A stretch of DNA of 62,202 bases, the filler included, from Choristocarpus tenellus KU-1152 (taxonomy: Eukaryota > Protista > Phaeophyceae): NCBI GenBank assembly GCA_964200185.2. It is 7 parts of 7 records of this genome, joined end to end, with 100 filler letters (N's around TTAATTAATTAA, not from the genome) between each part and the next. Parts side by side here need not be neighbours in the genome. Positions count along the whole stretch, not along the records: positions 7,589 to 28,355 come from CAXNAD020000378.1; 6 more parts are not named here. One strand, given 5' to 3'. The notes beneath the pieces were generated by a model that was given only the letters and a program-made list of their open reading frames with translations, searched no databases and was not told the DNA's origin. Numbering within the stretch: position 1 is the stretch's first letter; each line of letters begins with the position of its first letter. Made by a program: the position numbers and the translations under genes. Below are positions 13,701 to 25,819 of the stretch, one piece after another.

Positions 13701-14787
13701 TCATAACAATATTCGAAGGACTAGAACTGGGAAACAGAAAGGGGTACTGCATCTCGATTCTGATTATGGAGGCAAAAAAGGGACCAAAACAAGTATTTTT
13801 TCTTACCGGGACAGTATCGAATCGTTAAGGTTGACATCATTAGGAGCCAACAGTGGAGTAAAATGCAGTGGTGGCAGGATGGGATCAGGCAGAAACATAG
13901 GGAAGAACGCCAGCTCCTCTAGGCTGGTGTAACGGCGTACTGTTGGAGGATAAGAAAGTGCCACGGTAAACAACAAACAGAAAAAAAGGGGATGCGGATA
14001 GAGGTACGGTTACGGTACCATAATATCTATTGGGGTCTAGGACGGAGATGTCACCATCAATGGGTCACGTGAAATGCTTACTATAGACAGCTTGTATCTC
14101 TTGGTTAATGAAGTGTTGTGGAGGAACCTACCCCTTGCGAATACCACCGAGCTCTCGCTCCACACTGTCCTCCAATAGGGGGAAAAGATGACAAAGGGAG
14201 AGGAGATGTCAAAAATATCCTCACAGCGTAGTCCCAACTTACAACCACGGCACCGACGAACCTCTAGCGTGCAGCTTCTCCGTCTCGCAGAGCATGTACT
14301 CCAAGAAACTCGCATCCCGGTCGAAGATCTTCTCTACACCCTCTTTGTGGAGTCGGAATGTCCTATCATTGTAGATGACAGGGTTTTTACTGAACTGCTC
14401 CCTTTCAATGAGTGCGAAGATGATCGTCTCCTCCTGGCGGATGAGCGATCCCCTCACGCTCTCAAGGCTCGGCGTAACAATGGTGGACGAGATAGGGGAC
14501 ACCTTGGACTCTTTCAAGTGAGAAAACCCAACCGCGTCTTCACCACCTCCTACCTCAACCCTAGATGGCACAGCAAGATCAGGTCCACAGTTTAGGCGCC
14601 GCAAAGGGGAAGAGGAGAGATCGACCGATCCCCAGTTAAGGTGTCGTGTAGAGTAACAGGTTCCCCACGCCTTTGGGATAGGGTCTGCGTAAAATCTAGA
14701 CGAAAATCCGCAAGTGGGTACGAGACACAACCAGCAGCAGAGGATTACAATGAACAGTTCGCTCAACGGGTGACCCCCAGGAAACAT
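10773..14787 (-). CDS. Chorismate mutase (eukaryotic AroQ type), probably plastid-targeted; complement(join(10773..11087,13041..13185,13807..13939,14262..14787)), 372 aa
   Basis: [98 protein letters not shown]. All introns are GT-AG with compatible phases (1119 nt). The N-terminus has a hydrophobic signal followed by a TCG-F cleavage-like motif. Confidence 0.95.
12198..12370. repeat. Minisatellite, ~38-bp unit, ~4.5 diverged copies (intronic)
   Basis: Tandem units like CTGTCCTGGAATAAACCACATATCCATCAATAATTCCA. Confidence 0.8.
12919..13023. repeat. ~54-bp imperfect tandem duplication (intronic)
   Basis: GTTAAATGATAA..ACTAGTAA.TAACT.CAA.CCATCAT..AC.TACAGAG occurs twice. Confidence 0.75.
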
Positions 14788-15847
14788 TTCAAATCATGGG
14801 ATGTGGTAAGGGAAGTTGGAGGTGTGGTGTCAACACCTCTAACGTGATCATAATACGAGTTTGCATTAAACAATCAATTTCATACCTAACCCTCATCTCT
14901 TCCCTAACCCTAAGATTAGGCAATTTAGTTTACGAGTAAAAAAGAAAATGTGAATTTCGTAGTGTCCTGAATTGTCGGATTGAATCGGACCAACTCGATT
15001 TCATCGCAGTATGATCGAAACTGAAAATCTTGGAACTGATTACTTATATATAGGGGGGGTTTGCCCTATAAATATTTCAAGGAGGGAACAAACAACCTTT
15101 GGCATACAAACCCCACAACCATCTCCACATATCTAGGACTGAATAATAGGCCATGATGTGTTCAGATACTTGGAAGGTGGTGAGGGTGGTGAGGTTAGAC
15201 AATTATGATATCGATCCATGTGGGGGATATGTCCTTCCACATGTATGTGAAGGATGATGGCAAGGAAGGTGAAAGCCCCGATGAAGGTACAGAATCTACT
15301 TTGAGGGTAGATTGTAGGGAATCATAATGAAGGCAAAGTTAGGCTACTTGTCGGAGGAGGAAAATCAGTGCATCATGACCCATTTTAGTCGAATGTGCAT
15401 GAAGCATAACATGCGAGACCCGATTCGCGGCCCTGAGCACCAGCCTTGCAATAAAAGGTACTGTTGTATGACGAGGAAAAAAGAATTGAATGGTAAGATT
15501 TTTTTTTATATTATATGGTAAATCATCTAGTTCCAGGGTAAAAAACTGGTCGATGGTTGGTTTCTACAAAATAATATATACAACTTATCTGATACGATGA
15601 TGTTTGAGCTATATATGGCAAATCGATATTATCAATATTCTCGTAACAAAGAGTTTTCCAACATGACCTTGAAAATAGATTGTATGTGATTCATTGGTGT
15701 AACAGGGTTGCGAGCCATAAGCAACTACTTCAAGAGGCAACTTTATAAAGCTCCGATAGAGATTAGTGCGTATGTTGATAAGTCCCATACTGATGAATTG
15801 GCGTCTTATGCTCAGCTTGCGTAATTTATTCTGAACACAATTACTCA

Positions 15848-16104
15848 GAGTTAGAGTAAACGAGATGTACCCAGTTTTTGGTCGTTTCCATTCTAAGCCA
15901 GTATTTAAACCTTTCGCAATTTACCCATATTTCTATGGATGAAGCTCAAAGATTGACTTGAGAAGGCTCATGCCGGTTTTGTTTCAAAAATTTCGATACA
16001 ACTCAGAAAATATCTCATACCCATTTGTAAAACAGATAAAATTTGCGCATATTTGTCAGCATCGTCAAAATGCAACTTTGGGTACCTCTCGTCTACTTTC
16101 ACTC
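15848..16104 (+). mobile_element. MITE family B (~257 bp) with 3-bp TSD TCA
   Basis: Inverted ends GAGTTAGAGTAAACGAGATGTACCCAG and (rc) GAGTGAAAGTAGACGAGAGGTACCCAA, flanked by TCA on both sides. Homologous to 21242-21498. Confidence 0.75.
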
Positions 16105-16589
16105 TCAGTTGTAACTGTTTTGATGCTTCGGTTGCAACCTGGGATATTCCTTGGCATCAGTCATATACTTGAGCAGATTAGGTCACATTATAGGGTGGTA
16201 ACTTGATATGACAGCCGTCACTGGGGATATGATGTAGATGGGATCAGGGGCAGAATTGTTCTTGCCACCAGCATTACCAACCGTTGACAACAGTAATGGC
16301 ATGGACAGAGTAGGGAACGAGTGAAAGTATCCTAGAGGGTACGAGTTTTGCCCTGTTTGTCCCTTTGGGGCTTGGCTTCCCATGGGTTATTTTATGACAT
16401 TTTCCCACTTCAAAAGTTTAGGAGTAGTTAAAATGTATACGTTATGAAACTTGTGTGCAGAATAAGGATATGGACACTTCCTAACCAACATGATAGCCAA
16501 AATAAGATCAAAATAGTAACATTGACTTTTGGCCCCCCAAATAGACGCAGCTCTACCCTCTAAGATACTTTCGCTCGAACATTACAGTT

Positions 16590-16805
16590 TGGTAGATACC
16601 TGGATAATCCTCAAAGCTCATCACTGGGGGGAATCAGTGGGATAATAGGGTGGGTACATAGTTGTGCTTAATCAGTAGTAATCAAAGCGCACAACGTGGG
16701 GTGGTAGATTCCTGGATAAATAATAAAACTCATCATTGGGGGGGCAACTCAGTGGGATAACAGTGTGGGTACATGGTCGTGTAAAGTGAGCAGCAGTAAT
16801 CAATG
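16590..16805. repeat. ~110-bp imperfect tandem duplication
   Basis: GGTAGAT.CCTGGATAA...CTCATCA.TGGGGGG...TCAGTGGGATAA...TGGGTACAT..GTAATCAA occurs twice. Confidence 0.75.
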
Positions 16806-17099
16806 CCAGTCCCATCAAAATTGAAAAAAAAAAATGCTGTTCCAGTTGGGTACCCAGTTGTAAATTCTACAATGTTGTAGAGTCCAGCCACTAGGTGCAA
16901 TATCTATGCCATGCCTACTTTCTTTGAAACTGTACCAGGTGTCATTTTCACAGCAAGAAATTGACCTTCACACCAGCCCTTCAACTACATATACAAAGTA
17001 GTAGGTAAGTACACAAGGATTTTGTGCACAACAATATGAACGACTAAATAGTAGGATGATTTACCATTGTTGTCTGTCTCTATACTAGGGACGTGTTTG

Positions 17100-17950
17100 C
17101 AGCTGGGATTTCGTCGCCTTTTAGGATCGATGAGCAAAAGTGAGCCTGGTGAGATCCCACGAAGAACACATTGTTCTCGTATTCTTCGATTTTAAGAGAG
17201 GGGAATGCATGTGAGGTACCTGACTTCTGTCCTTGGTCAAACTTACTTCAAGCATGACCTATACCTACACTGGATTACTCTTAGGGGATCAATACTTTTC
17301 CTTTGTGAGCGAATGGTTTATTAAAGGAATGGGCACACAGTTTTTTCTCGACTGCCAATACATAAGGATAACCTGTGAAACTGGGATACCGTACGCCATA
17401 GCACAACTAAGAACTCTTGCAAAGTCCGAGAAGTGTGGTCGGTGTATGTACATTTGCCAATTACAAACACAACACCACTTCGTCTCAGATTGAGGTGTGT
17501 CGCCAATTCACCATTTCGTCATTCGAAACTTTCATTCCTTGTTCCGCTCAAAGAGCTGAGAACCGAATATGGGATTGGGCTCCAAGGTTATCTCTTTGTC
17601 CAATGTGTCTGGCGATGTGGGACCTAGCTTGTCAGATTTCTTTCAGGAGTGCATGGTGGTGCCAACCATTCTTAAAAATAGCAAAAATAGCAAAGGAACA
17701 CAATACACGATGATTTAGTATTCAGGCTAAGAACTGTAGTCCACTCTTCACTAGTTGAGTTCAAGATTCGTGATGATAAGGTCATGTTCATTATGTTGTC
17801 CGTGATAAGTTGCAATGGGGAAACGGAGGCCAAAGCGCGAAAAAAAGAATACAAAAAGGGAAGCAAAAAGAGCTCGAAACAGAGGCGCCCAATTGCTCTT
17901 GGCGGGCGACATACATAAAGACGAAAGAGAACACAAACACTCCCCTCTGT
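17100..17950 (-). mobile_element. Probable heavily decayed Helitron Rep fragment
   Basis: Broken frames give HDLIIT, HHALLKEI, QSHI, DEMV..DTP, MYIHRP, CAM..G, GYP. This follows the order of the Helitron Rep motifs KPDLFIT...LLxxI...PHxHI...IDxxVxAEIP...MIHGPC...CMxxG...GYP. Identity is low. Confidence 0.35.
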
Positions 17951-18200
17951 GAGTGACTTCCTAAATGTCATGTTCATGTCACTTTCAGATCACTGTGTTG
18001 GTTCAAAAACTATACATTAACAGTTGAAAACGATACATACAGTTTGCAATGTACCTAGCAAGGAGGAGCAGGGTTTCTTTTGTAAGGGAATCCAATTCCA
18101 TACTCCTTCACCCCACACCCACGTCCCATCCAACAACAATCAACTTCCCAGATGACATGGTGGCATAGTTGAAACCTTCCTTTGAAAACGCTTGATCTTT

Positions 18201-18503
18201 TCATCCCTTCTTCTCTATATACCTCAACTGCTTCATCAATGCCTCGTTCTGCGCCTTCGCCATCGAGTCCACTCTCCTCCCTATATCCGATCCACTGTTC
18301 TCGGGCACAATCTTCGCCTCTCTGAGGTTGACATGAGCTCGACTCTGCGCCCACTGCATCAAGTAGTAACCGCCGACAACGGGGATGCTGAAGTAGACTA
18401 TACTCATGACCAGCTGCCCTCTGGGTGACAGCGGTATGCGAAACGCATGTATCCGTGCCTTAAGGACCTCATGCTTTTCTCTCAGGTCACCCAGGAGACC
18501 CAT
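18201..18503 (-). CDS. Small (100 aa) single-TM protein of unknown function
   Basis: Single coding exon MGLLGDLREKHEVLKARIHAFRIPLSPRGQLVMSIVYFSIPVVGGYYLMQWA... with one hydrophobic segment. An AG acceptor just upstream of the ATG suggests a 5'-UTR intron. I recall similar hypothetical proteins in stramenopiles. Confidence 0.75.
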   Translation of the reverse strand: MGLLGDLREKHEVLKARIHAFRIPLSPRGQLVMSIVYFSIPVVGGYYLMQWAQSRAHVNLREAKIVPENSGSDIGRRVDSMAKAQNEALMKQLRYIEKKG

Positions 18504-19002
18504 GGGACTGCCTGTTGTCAGATGAATCCCTGTACTCAAAACAACTTTAACCAACGCTGAGGTAATGCACAAAATCTAATCGTGTTGAGGTGTACGGACT
18601 AGAGTTTGTGAGCAAACAAAGGCTAAGAGATTGCCAACTTGCCCTAGGGAAACTCAGAGATATTAGAGGAGAGGAAAATGGAAGCCAAAGGAGTAGGTGT
18701 GGTCAGTTAAAAAAATGTTAGTCTTGGGTAACACAGAAACCTCGAAGGCGTTCTCGGCAACAAGGGACATTACCATCCAAAATCTCCCTTCCAAACCATC
18801 TCGTTAGGTGTGCAAAACCCTTTCTGTCGGCATATCTACTACCTGGTTGCCCTGTACAGCTCATCGGGGTGCTACAGGCCCTTCACCCGTCCATTGGGAA
18901 GACTTCGCTCTGTATCAACTGAAAGCCGAGGCCCTTGTGTAAGAATCACCTTATCTCGCATCGTCTTTCAAACTTGTGGCTGTCTTTCCCAGCGTCAGGG
19001 AG

Positions 19003-20387
19003 ATGGCAGTCACCGTGCCTTGGTCTACGCTTCGCCCTAACCCACGCGACATTCGGGAGCAGGCTGCCTCGAGCGAGGAATTTGCATCAAGGGATGACGG
19101 AGGTTCCAAGAATAAGAAAGACGTAGTATGGGATGCCAGTGACTTCGGAAGGAGGATGGCCTTCGGATCGATAGTGAGTTTGGAGCTACTTGGGGATAGG
19201 TTCTCATTAGATAGAATCAGCCACATACTCTGTGGCATCTAGCGCAACACCCTTCGACCAAATATGATGTGTATATGTGTCATAGTAACTAACCTTCTGA
19301 CCTTTCTGGACCCTCCCCATCCATCTGTTCAAGTGTGGGGGTATCACCGGCATAACCTTCGGAGCAAGTGAGTGGTGATTTATCGCGAATAAGAGGTTAG
19401 TTCGCCGATTTGCGGTCCATGTGCCTGGCACTGGTTTGTGGGACGCGGTGGGTCTCAACTTGTTTCAGTTTTCGCTGATTTCCAGACAATACCCTTGGAG
19501 TACATGACCATTTTGGCCTCCCACCTTCCTCGTCATGTGCCTGGTCTTTGGGTAGTGGATGGGCATCGTGCAATCCGGGATGACGGCCAAAACAAGTTCC
19601 CTACGACAGCACTCAGGACTAAGGAGTTCACAAGACTGACGGCTCTCTCTGGCACCATCTTTACAGGGTAGGGAACCACCATTGCCTTGTTCCGCTTTTG
19701 AAATGTGAAGTTATGATGCCTTGTTTCGTCTACATTCCATTACCCATTGGTATGCAGGGCACCATGTCTTATTGCACAAATTAATGTGCAGGAGATCGGT
19801 TAAGGATTATCGGTTAAGGATTCTTCTACAGGAGAATGGCAGGAAACTGAAAGTACAGATGAGGTAGCAAAAGTTTCTTAAGTTGAGCAATCCAGTGCAG
19901 TGTTCTTAGGTTGTGCTGAAAGTGCGGTCTCAGCCTTGTAGGTGGTTGTGAACAAAATGTTACACGTCACTCATGCACTCTATATAACCTCACAATCTTG
20001 TAATGGCAAAAAGTTAGTAATTGCTACCTGTAGCCCTAACCGGAACCCTGGCCTAATGACCATTTAGCCGTGTCAACCTCACCTCTTCCACAACGCCTTG
20101 TGATTGTTCAGAGTATACCCCCCTGCTGGACACAGAAGATACTGGTTTTTTGGAGTTTGGTCCACTTATACGTATAGATCCCTGCTCTGCTCCTCAGGTT
20201 CTTTTGCACTTATCAGAGTGCCAAGTACGCAGCAAGCTTGGCAAGGAAGGAGGACGACTTCTTCAACGTCGTCATTGCATCTGCTTTCTCTATTGCACCA
20301 ATGCTACCCTTCCCGACTATACGAGCACGCTTCCCATATGCAGTGCTGTTGATTGCGATGGATACTCTTAACAGTCATGTACTATAG
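19003..20387 (+). CDS. Tim17/Tim22/Tim23/Pmp24-family membrane protein; join(19003..19173,19334..19367,19556..19667,20198..20387), 168 aa
   Basis: The spliced product reads ...FGRRMAFGSICGGITGITFGAMDG...ALSGTIFTGFFCTYQSAKYAASLARKEDDFFNVVIASAFS..., with a GxxxG-rich TM1 and an R-x-x-D-D-x-x-N PRAT-like motif. All junctions are GT-AG with matching phases (507 nt). The ORF track misses this gene. Confidence 0.8.
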
Positions 20388-21241
20388 TATTTGACAATAT
20401 TTACCATGGTTGAGAAGTCTTAAACTGCTGTGTGGGATTGGGTTGGTACTTGAGCCTCTAATCACATTGTAAATGGCTGGAATGCGAAGAAAATGTTGTT
20501 GTGACCCCAGCGCAGGTAATCCTTGGTTCTTGGAGGCCCCGAGTCATTCCTTGCTTGTTGAGATTTCCAGCAACATTACGGGTTTTTTTTTGTGGGTAAC
20601 ATCCATCATAGTGAGAAGGGTGGTTGTTGCTTGCATTGTGGCGCACAGCGCTAGCTGGACACTTGATCAGTGATGCAGTGGGACCTAAGTGTAGAGAGAG
20701 AGGCGAGGATCTCTCACAGTGTTTTGTGCCCCTGATAAAGAGGAGCAGATTTCAAAATAATGATGCCCATGCAATGCAGGCAACCATTGAATTATGATAT
20801 ATTGGAACAGATACTGTTCCTTTTTGCCAAGATTTTGATAGGGATAGAGGACAAGGCTTGAAGGAATAGTCTATCCCCGTAGTAGGCTGCAGCCAAAACA
20901 TGGTATTAGCACCAATAGGTTCAACCTTCAGCCTTACCCTGATCCGACCCTCCACACATCTTGTCATCACTCAGAAAGCGCATCCATGCTTGTTGAGATC
21001 TTCTATGGTGTATCTGTGCAATCTGGTAGAACCAATGGATGTGCCATGAGAGTGTTTCGTGTTATTAGTGTCTTACAAGCAGTACACTTTTTACTTCAAT
21101 ACTCTCTGTCTGCTTTCTGCGCAGAAAACATACTGAGGATGAAAAGAACCAAGGAGTAAACACAAAAATGTTGGTTGGTTCCAATGTTAAGATATGGATG
21201 GGTTGCCTGCTGACCTGCCGACTAAGTTGTAATGAGGTACT

Positions 21242-21498
21242 GTGCCAAAGTAAACGAGAGGTATCCAAATGTTGACCGTTTTGCATTTTAAGCCATCTTT
21301 TCCCATCTTTTGCAAATCATCCATGTTTCCGTGGATGAATTGCTAAGTTGACTTGAGGGCATTGATTTCTATATTGTTTGAAAATTTTGGAAAGTTCAGA
21401 AAACATACAATGCGCCTTTTTTTGTAAAAGTCAAATTTTGCACATGTTTGTCAGCACCCTTAAATGGAACTCTGGGCACCTCTCATTTACTTCGGCTC
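21242..21498 (+). mobile_element. MITE family B copy with 3-bp TSD ACT
   Basis: Ends GTGCCAAAGTAAACGAGAGGTATCC and (rc) GAGCCGAAGTAAATGAGAGGTGCCC, flanked by ACT on both sides. Confidence 0.78.
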
Positions 21499-21691
21499 AC
21501 TGTCTTTCCCAACATTTTTTCATTCCCATCATCGTCCCCTGTGAGCTTTACCTCTCACACCAAGTGCTTCCTGGTCATCCAAATCTCACATCATTTCACA
21601 TTCTGGTTGCACTTGTGGTACAATATTTCCATCAGCGGTTCTCACATTATTTCCAGGACTCTACATGAGGTTGGGGAGTGAGATATCATTT

Positions 21692-21798
21692 CAGAGGTAT
21701 GTAGGGTTGCATTTTAAGGATACCTAAAAAAAGAAGTTATTTTGTACAATTGCAGAAATTGTCTTTGCTTAATTGTGATGTTATTTTGTGTGTGGAAA
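21692..21798 (+). mobile_element. MITE family A, truncated diverged copy
   Basis: AGAGGTATGTAGGGTTGCATTTTAAGGATACC...GTGTGGAAA aligns with 1540-1655. Confidence 0.6.
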
Positions 21799-24700
21799 TC
21801 TTAGAAAAACCTCTTCCCGCGTATGTTGGTGACTTGCATTGAATGAGAACCTTTATTGATCCACATTGTCGGCAATTACATAATGTGACCTATCATAGGT
21901 GATCCCAACGTTCAAGCTGTGGAGCTGTGTGTGTGGAAGAGTGAGCCAGGATACCTCGTTGACGGAGTGGCTACCCTGTCATTTTTTTGTACTTTTAGAG
22001 TTATGAGTAACTACGATTCAATAAAACCAAGAAGAGTTGAGATCAATTGTACTTGAAGTTTCTAATTAGTTGATAATTTTCTGGTGGAGGAGTACGTTGC
22101 TTGCTTTGATCAATATTTTTTCACGTTGCTCTTGGTGCATCTCATCCCATGCACTCCATGCTCTCCTACAACCTCCATGCGCCTTGGCTCAACTGGTGAA
22201 TAAGCAATTCGACGAAAAAATGAGTACACGAGAGTTTTCGAATCGATTCATACCCTCCCACTCCATCCATATCTATATACAGACTGGGGAAGTAAAGAAT
22301 GAAGTGGTAAGGGTTCATGGAACGGTACGAATCACTTGACGTGTTGTTGTTGGGAATCTCTGATATTTCTGCTATATTCACCTTCCTGATAAAAACTCTG
22401 TAGTCGTATTCTCTTGTACTGATTGGAGTTCTTTCTCCCTCTAACCATATTGTCTTCAAAATGTCAATGGGCATTGAAAAACGCAGTCCAGAACCTTACA
22501 TACAATCTAGGTAAGAAAATATATCAGGAATTGCCATCTGTAGGGAAGCAAGCCTGTCAGCCTCTTGAAACTTAGTTCCAAGGCTTCCTTCGACACTGTA
22601 ATGTTGCCGCACAGACAACCAGAATTGCAGCATACATTATCTTCTTCAGCTTCTTGCAGGTACTTCAGTTTGTTCGTACACAAGCGAGGTGATATATATA
22701 TATATATATATGTATGCAGCATACATATAGATTCGGATACAGGGACTGAGGGGATCAGTATCTCCTTCATTGACTTGAGGACAGATTCAGGCTGAGCCTA
22801 GGGGAACAGAATATGAGTATGACTGCAGGCACAGACCTGCACGTATGTAACTAGAACTGGAGGAGCGCAACTCAGACTCGGAACCAGAACCTATATTGTA
22901 ACCTTGGACCCATACGTGCACCTTTCCCGCCAGAGGCCTCATTCGGACTGGAGACAAGATTGGACCTGAAGCTTTAGATCCAGGACCATAGGTTGTCACT
23001 ATCAGCCCAAGGACCTGTTGTTAGACAGTATGACGATAATATAATAGTGGTGTAAGTGTTGAAACTCATATGTTCACTTGTTGTGTTTTGTCTTGGGTTC
23101 AACTCTCGCACTAAGCTCTTTGAGTTTTGTTACGACACCGTGCAAAGTAATAGGCCTGCGATGAACCATACTCCTTACCTGTATATCTCGAAAACATAAG
23201 CTCAGTCCTGCACCCAACACATGTGCATTCGGTGACCTCAGACCTGTACCTCTATCCTTGACTTAAACTCAGAAATCAGATCGAGCGGACCAAATGATCA
23301 CATTGCCAGTCCAGTATATGAAGTTTTGCACCCGCAATATTCCAGTTCAGCAGCAGAAAGGGGTACCTAGAGAGAACCCTTCCTCTTCAATGTCAAGTAC
23401 TCCAGAGAAAAGAAGTTGGACCAAGTCATAGGATATGGGACACCCACATATTATGTATCCTTTTTGCTTGGCTTGTTCACTGTTAAAATTCAGCCCTCGA
23501 TGCACCAAGTGATATACCAGAGAAGGTTACAGGGACAAAAAAATTAATGTTTGAACCCAGTCACAATTCGGGCTGCTTGAAATTATTCCAGGGTTGGTAT
23601 GGCGATGGGTGGATCCTTCAACAATTTTCCCTGCATCTTCCTTAAACAGATTTGATGTGGGCTACATGTTTTGTAGTTCTATATATTTCCAAAGGGTTAA
23701 CCTGTCCAAATCCACTGCCGATACTCCCCCCATTTAAAACACCACCTTGTTAACTCGCTATGATCTCTCCACCAGTTAACTACAGATGTTAGGGAAGAAC
23801 TTATGCACAGAACGAATGGTTCAGAAAGGTATCTGCTCAACAATACAACCAAAAACAACACAATTATATGCCCTCTTCACGTCAAAACCACAGAAGGCAA
23901 ACAAGCGATTATTTTCTCTTAGCGTATTACGTACCACTGGTGCTAACCGTGGGTGGTAATAATGAGATGGTGCTCTTGGTTGAAAAAAACATACTCTATT
24001 GGGTGCCAAGAATCTCCCACTTTAGTGCACAACTCCGCTATCAACTTTAGCATATATATGCGCTTTTAACATGGACGTAAATTGTGATATACACTAAATA
24101 GTTCTCGGGAATATAAGCGGGGGACATAAAATTATGGCATGCAGGTGGTGCTACTGTGTTGAGGCTGAAGATCAGCATCATGTGCATCTTGTAGGGTATC
24201 GTTACGATAGTAATTCATTCCTGTTGTATTGTTGGAAGACATGTGCATATATATTTATATCACGCCTGTAGAACCTCCAACTTTGGGACAATAGCATCAC
24301 TCCCCCCTGAGTTGGGTAACCAGAGCAATATATTGATTATAGTAACTCCCAAACACCAGGATAATACTCCAGTTTGTACATCATGCTAAAACAGAGAAGG
24401 TCGTTCAATAATCCTTAATGGGCCTACAGGGAATATGATGCGGTGATATTGGGCGATCTGCCTTGGGAACATGCGACTTGTGGTCTCGATTCCTCTGAGT
24501 AAACATGGTCCAGAGGAGAGCGGCAAGACGCATAGGCTTATCCTACAATTAGGGGTTTGCAACTGCCCCCGGTAATTTTCTATGAATTTCGTTGCTGTTG
24601 CCTATAAATAGTATGGGCAGCGTATCTAGAACAAAAATAATCAAGGAACATCTGGCATATGATGTGATACATAAAATATGCAACAATCTGTCCAACACCA

Positions 24701-25214
24701 CATCCAATCAGTAGATCCATCGTTGAATCTACCTGCCAATCCCTCTATATTTACACCAACGGGAAGGCCTGCATGATGTAGTATCAAGCCAATAGATTGT
24801 CCTCATCTTGCAGAAGCAACAATAATCTCAAACCTTTATTGTTACAATTAATAAATTGACAACGTTATTATTGACATCACTCGACCAGAACATGTTGCAC
24901 ACTACTTTATACATAAGTACATTTATACGCACATACAACCCCCCCCCCTGATGAAATCTTGGACATTCTGGCATACAAATTGTGCTTGGTCCCTACTAGT
25001 CTCTATTCCCATTTATGGACTTTGAAGTATATATATGCATGCATAGATACACACATATATATATATATGGAGAAATGTGTACTCTCTACCACACAAAGTA
25101 GTGTATACACCACTGTAAACTATTCAATATCGACCAAATCAACACGTTTTTGTCCATATTCTACACATACATGGAATTTAGCTCTACTAAATTGCACCAG
25201 TTTGTCTTGGCAAA

Positions 25215-25474
25215 ATGTCATCAAGACAAAAAACGAGAGATATAGAGTTGCATTATGGGATGCTCACATGTCCAAAGTTTCCTCTTCTTGTACAAACGAG
25301 TATAGGAACTTTCCTGAATTCTGTCTACAAGTTTCAAAACAATAAAGAGACGAATGATCTCAAGTCAAACATAGCCCTTCATCCATAGGAATATGGGTGA
25401 ATTTTACAAGATTGGAAAACTGGCTTAAAATACAAAATGGCCAAAACCTGGATACCTGTGATTTACTCTGGCTC
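25215..25474 (-). mobile_element. MITE family B, inverted diverged copy
   Basis: CTCAAGTCAA...TTCATCCATAGGAATATGGG...TTTACTCTGGCTC is the reverse complement of the family B left half. Confidence 0.6.
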
Positions 25475-25819
25475 ACAGCAAGAAAACAAATCTCCATACT
25501 CATCTTATGTGTTTGAAATATTTCCTTTGGATATCGCTAACCCTGGGAACCTTACAACGCAGTCCGAAAGTCCAAATTGAAATAATCAAAAGGTTAATAA
25601 CTTCCTACTTACACAACAGGCGCTACCCTAATATATCTACAAGCAACACATACACATCTCTATACCAAGTTCTGCTTCCTAGCTAGGAGCTCACCCCCTC
25701 CATCCTCTCTCCCCTCTCTAGTGTCTCATATATTGTGAAACAGAGCATTGTGAAATAGATAGGGGATGATTTGATCTGTTTCACAATTGTATGATCAAGC
25801 AAGGAAAACAGATGAGGTC

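Noticed and set aside
24505-24535. HGPEESGKT Walker A-like peptide
   Set aside because: It is an isolated short match in a frame with nearby stops and could be chance.
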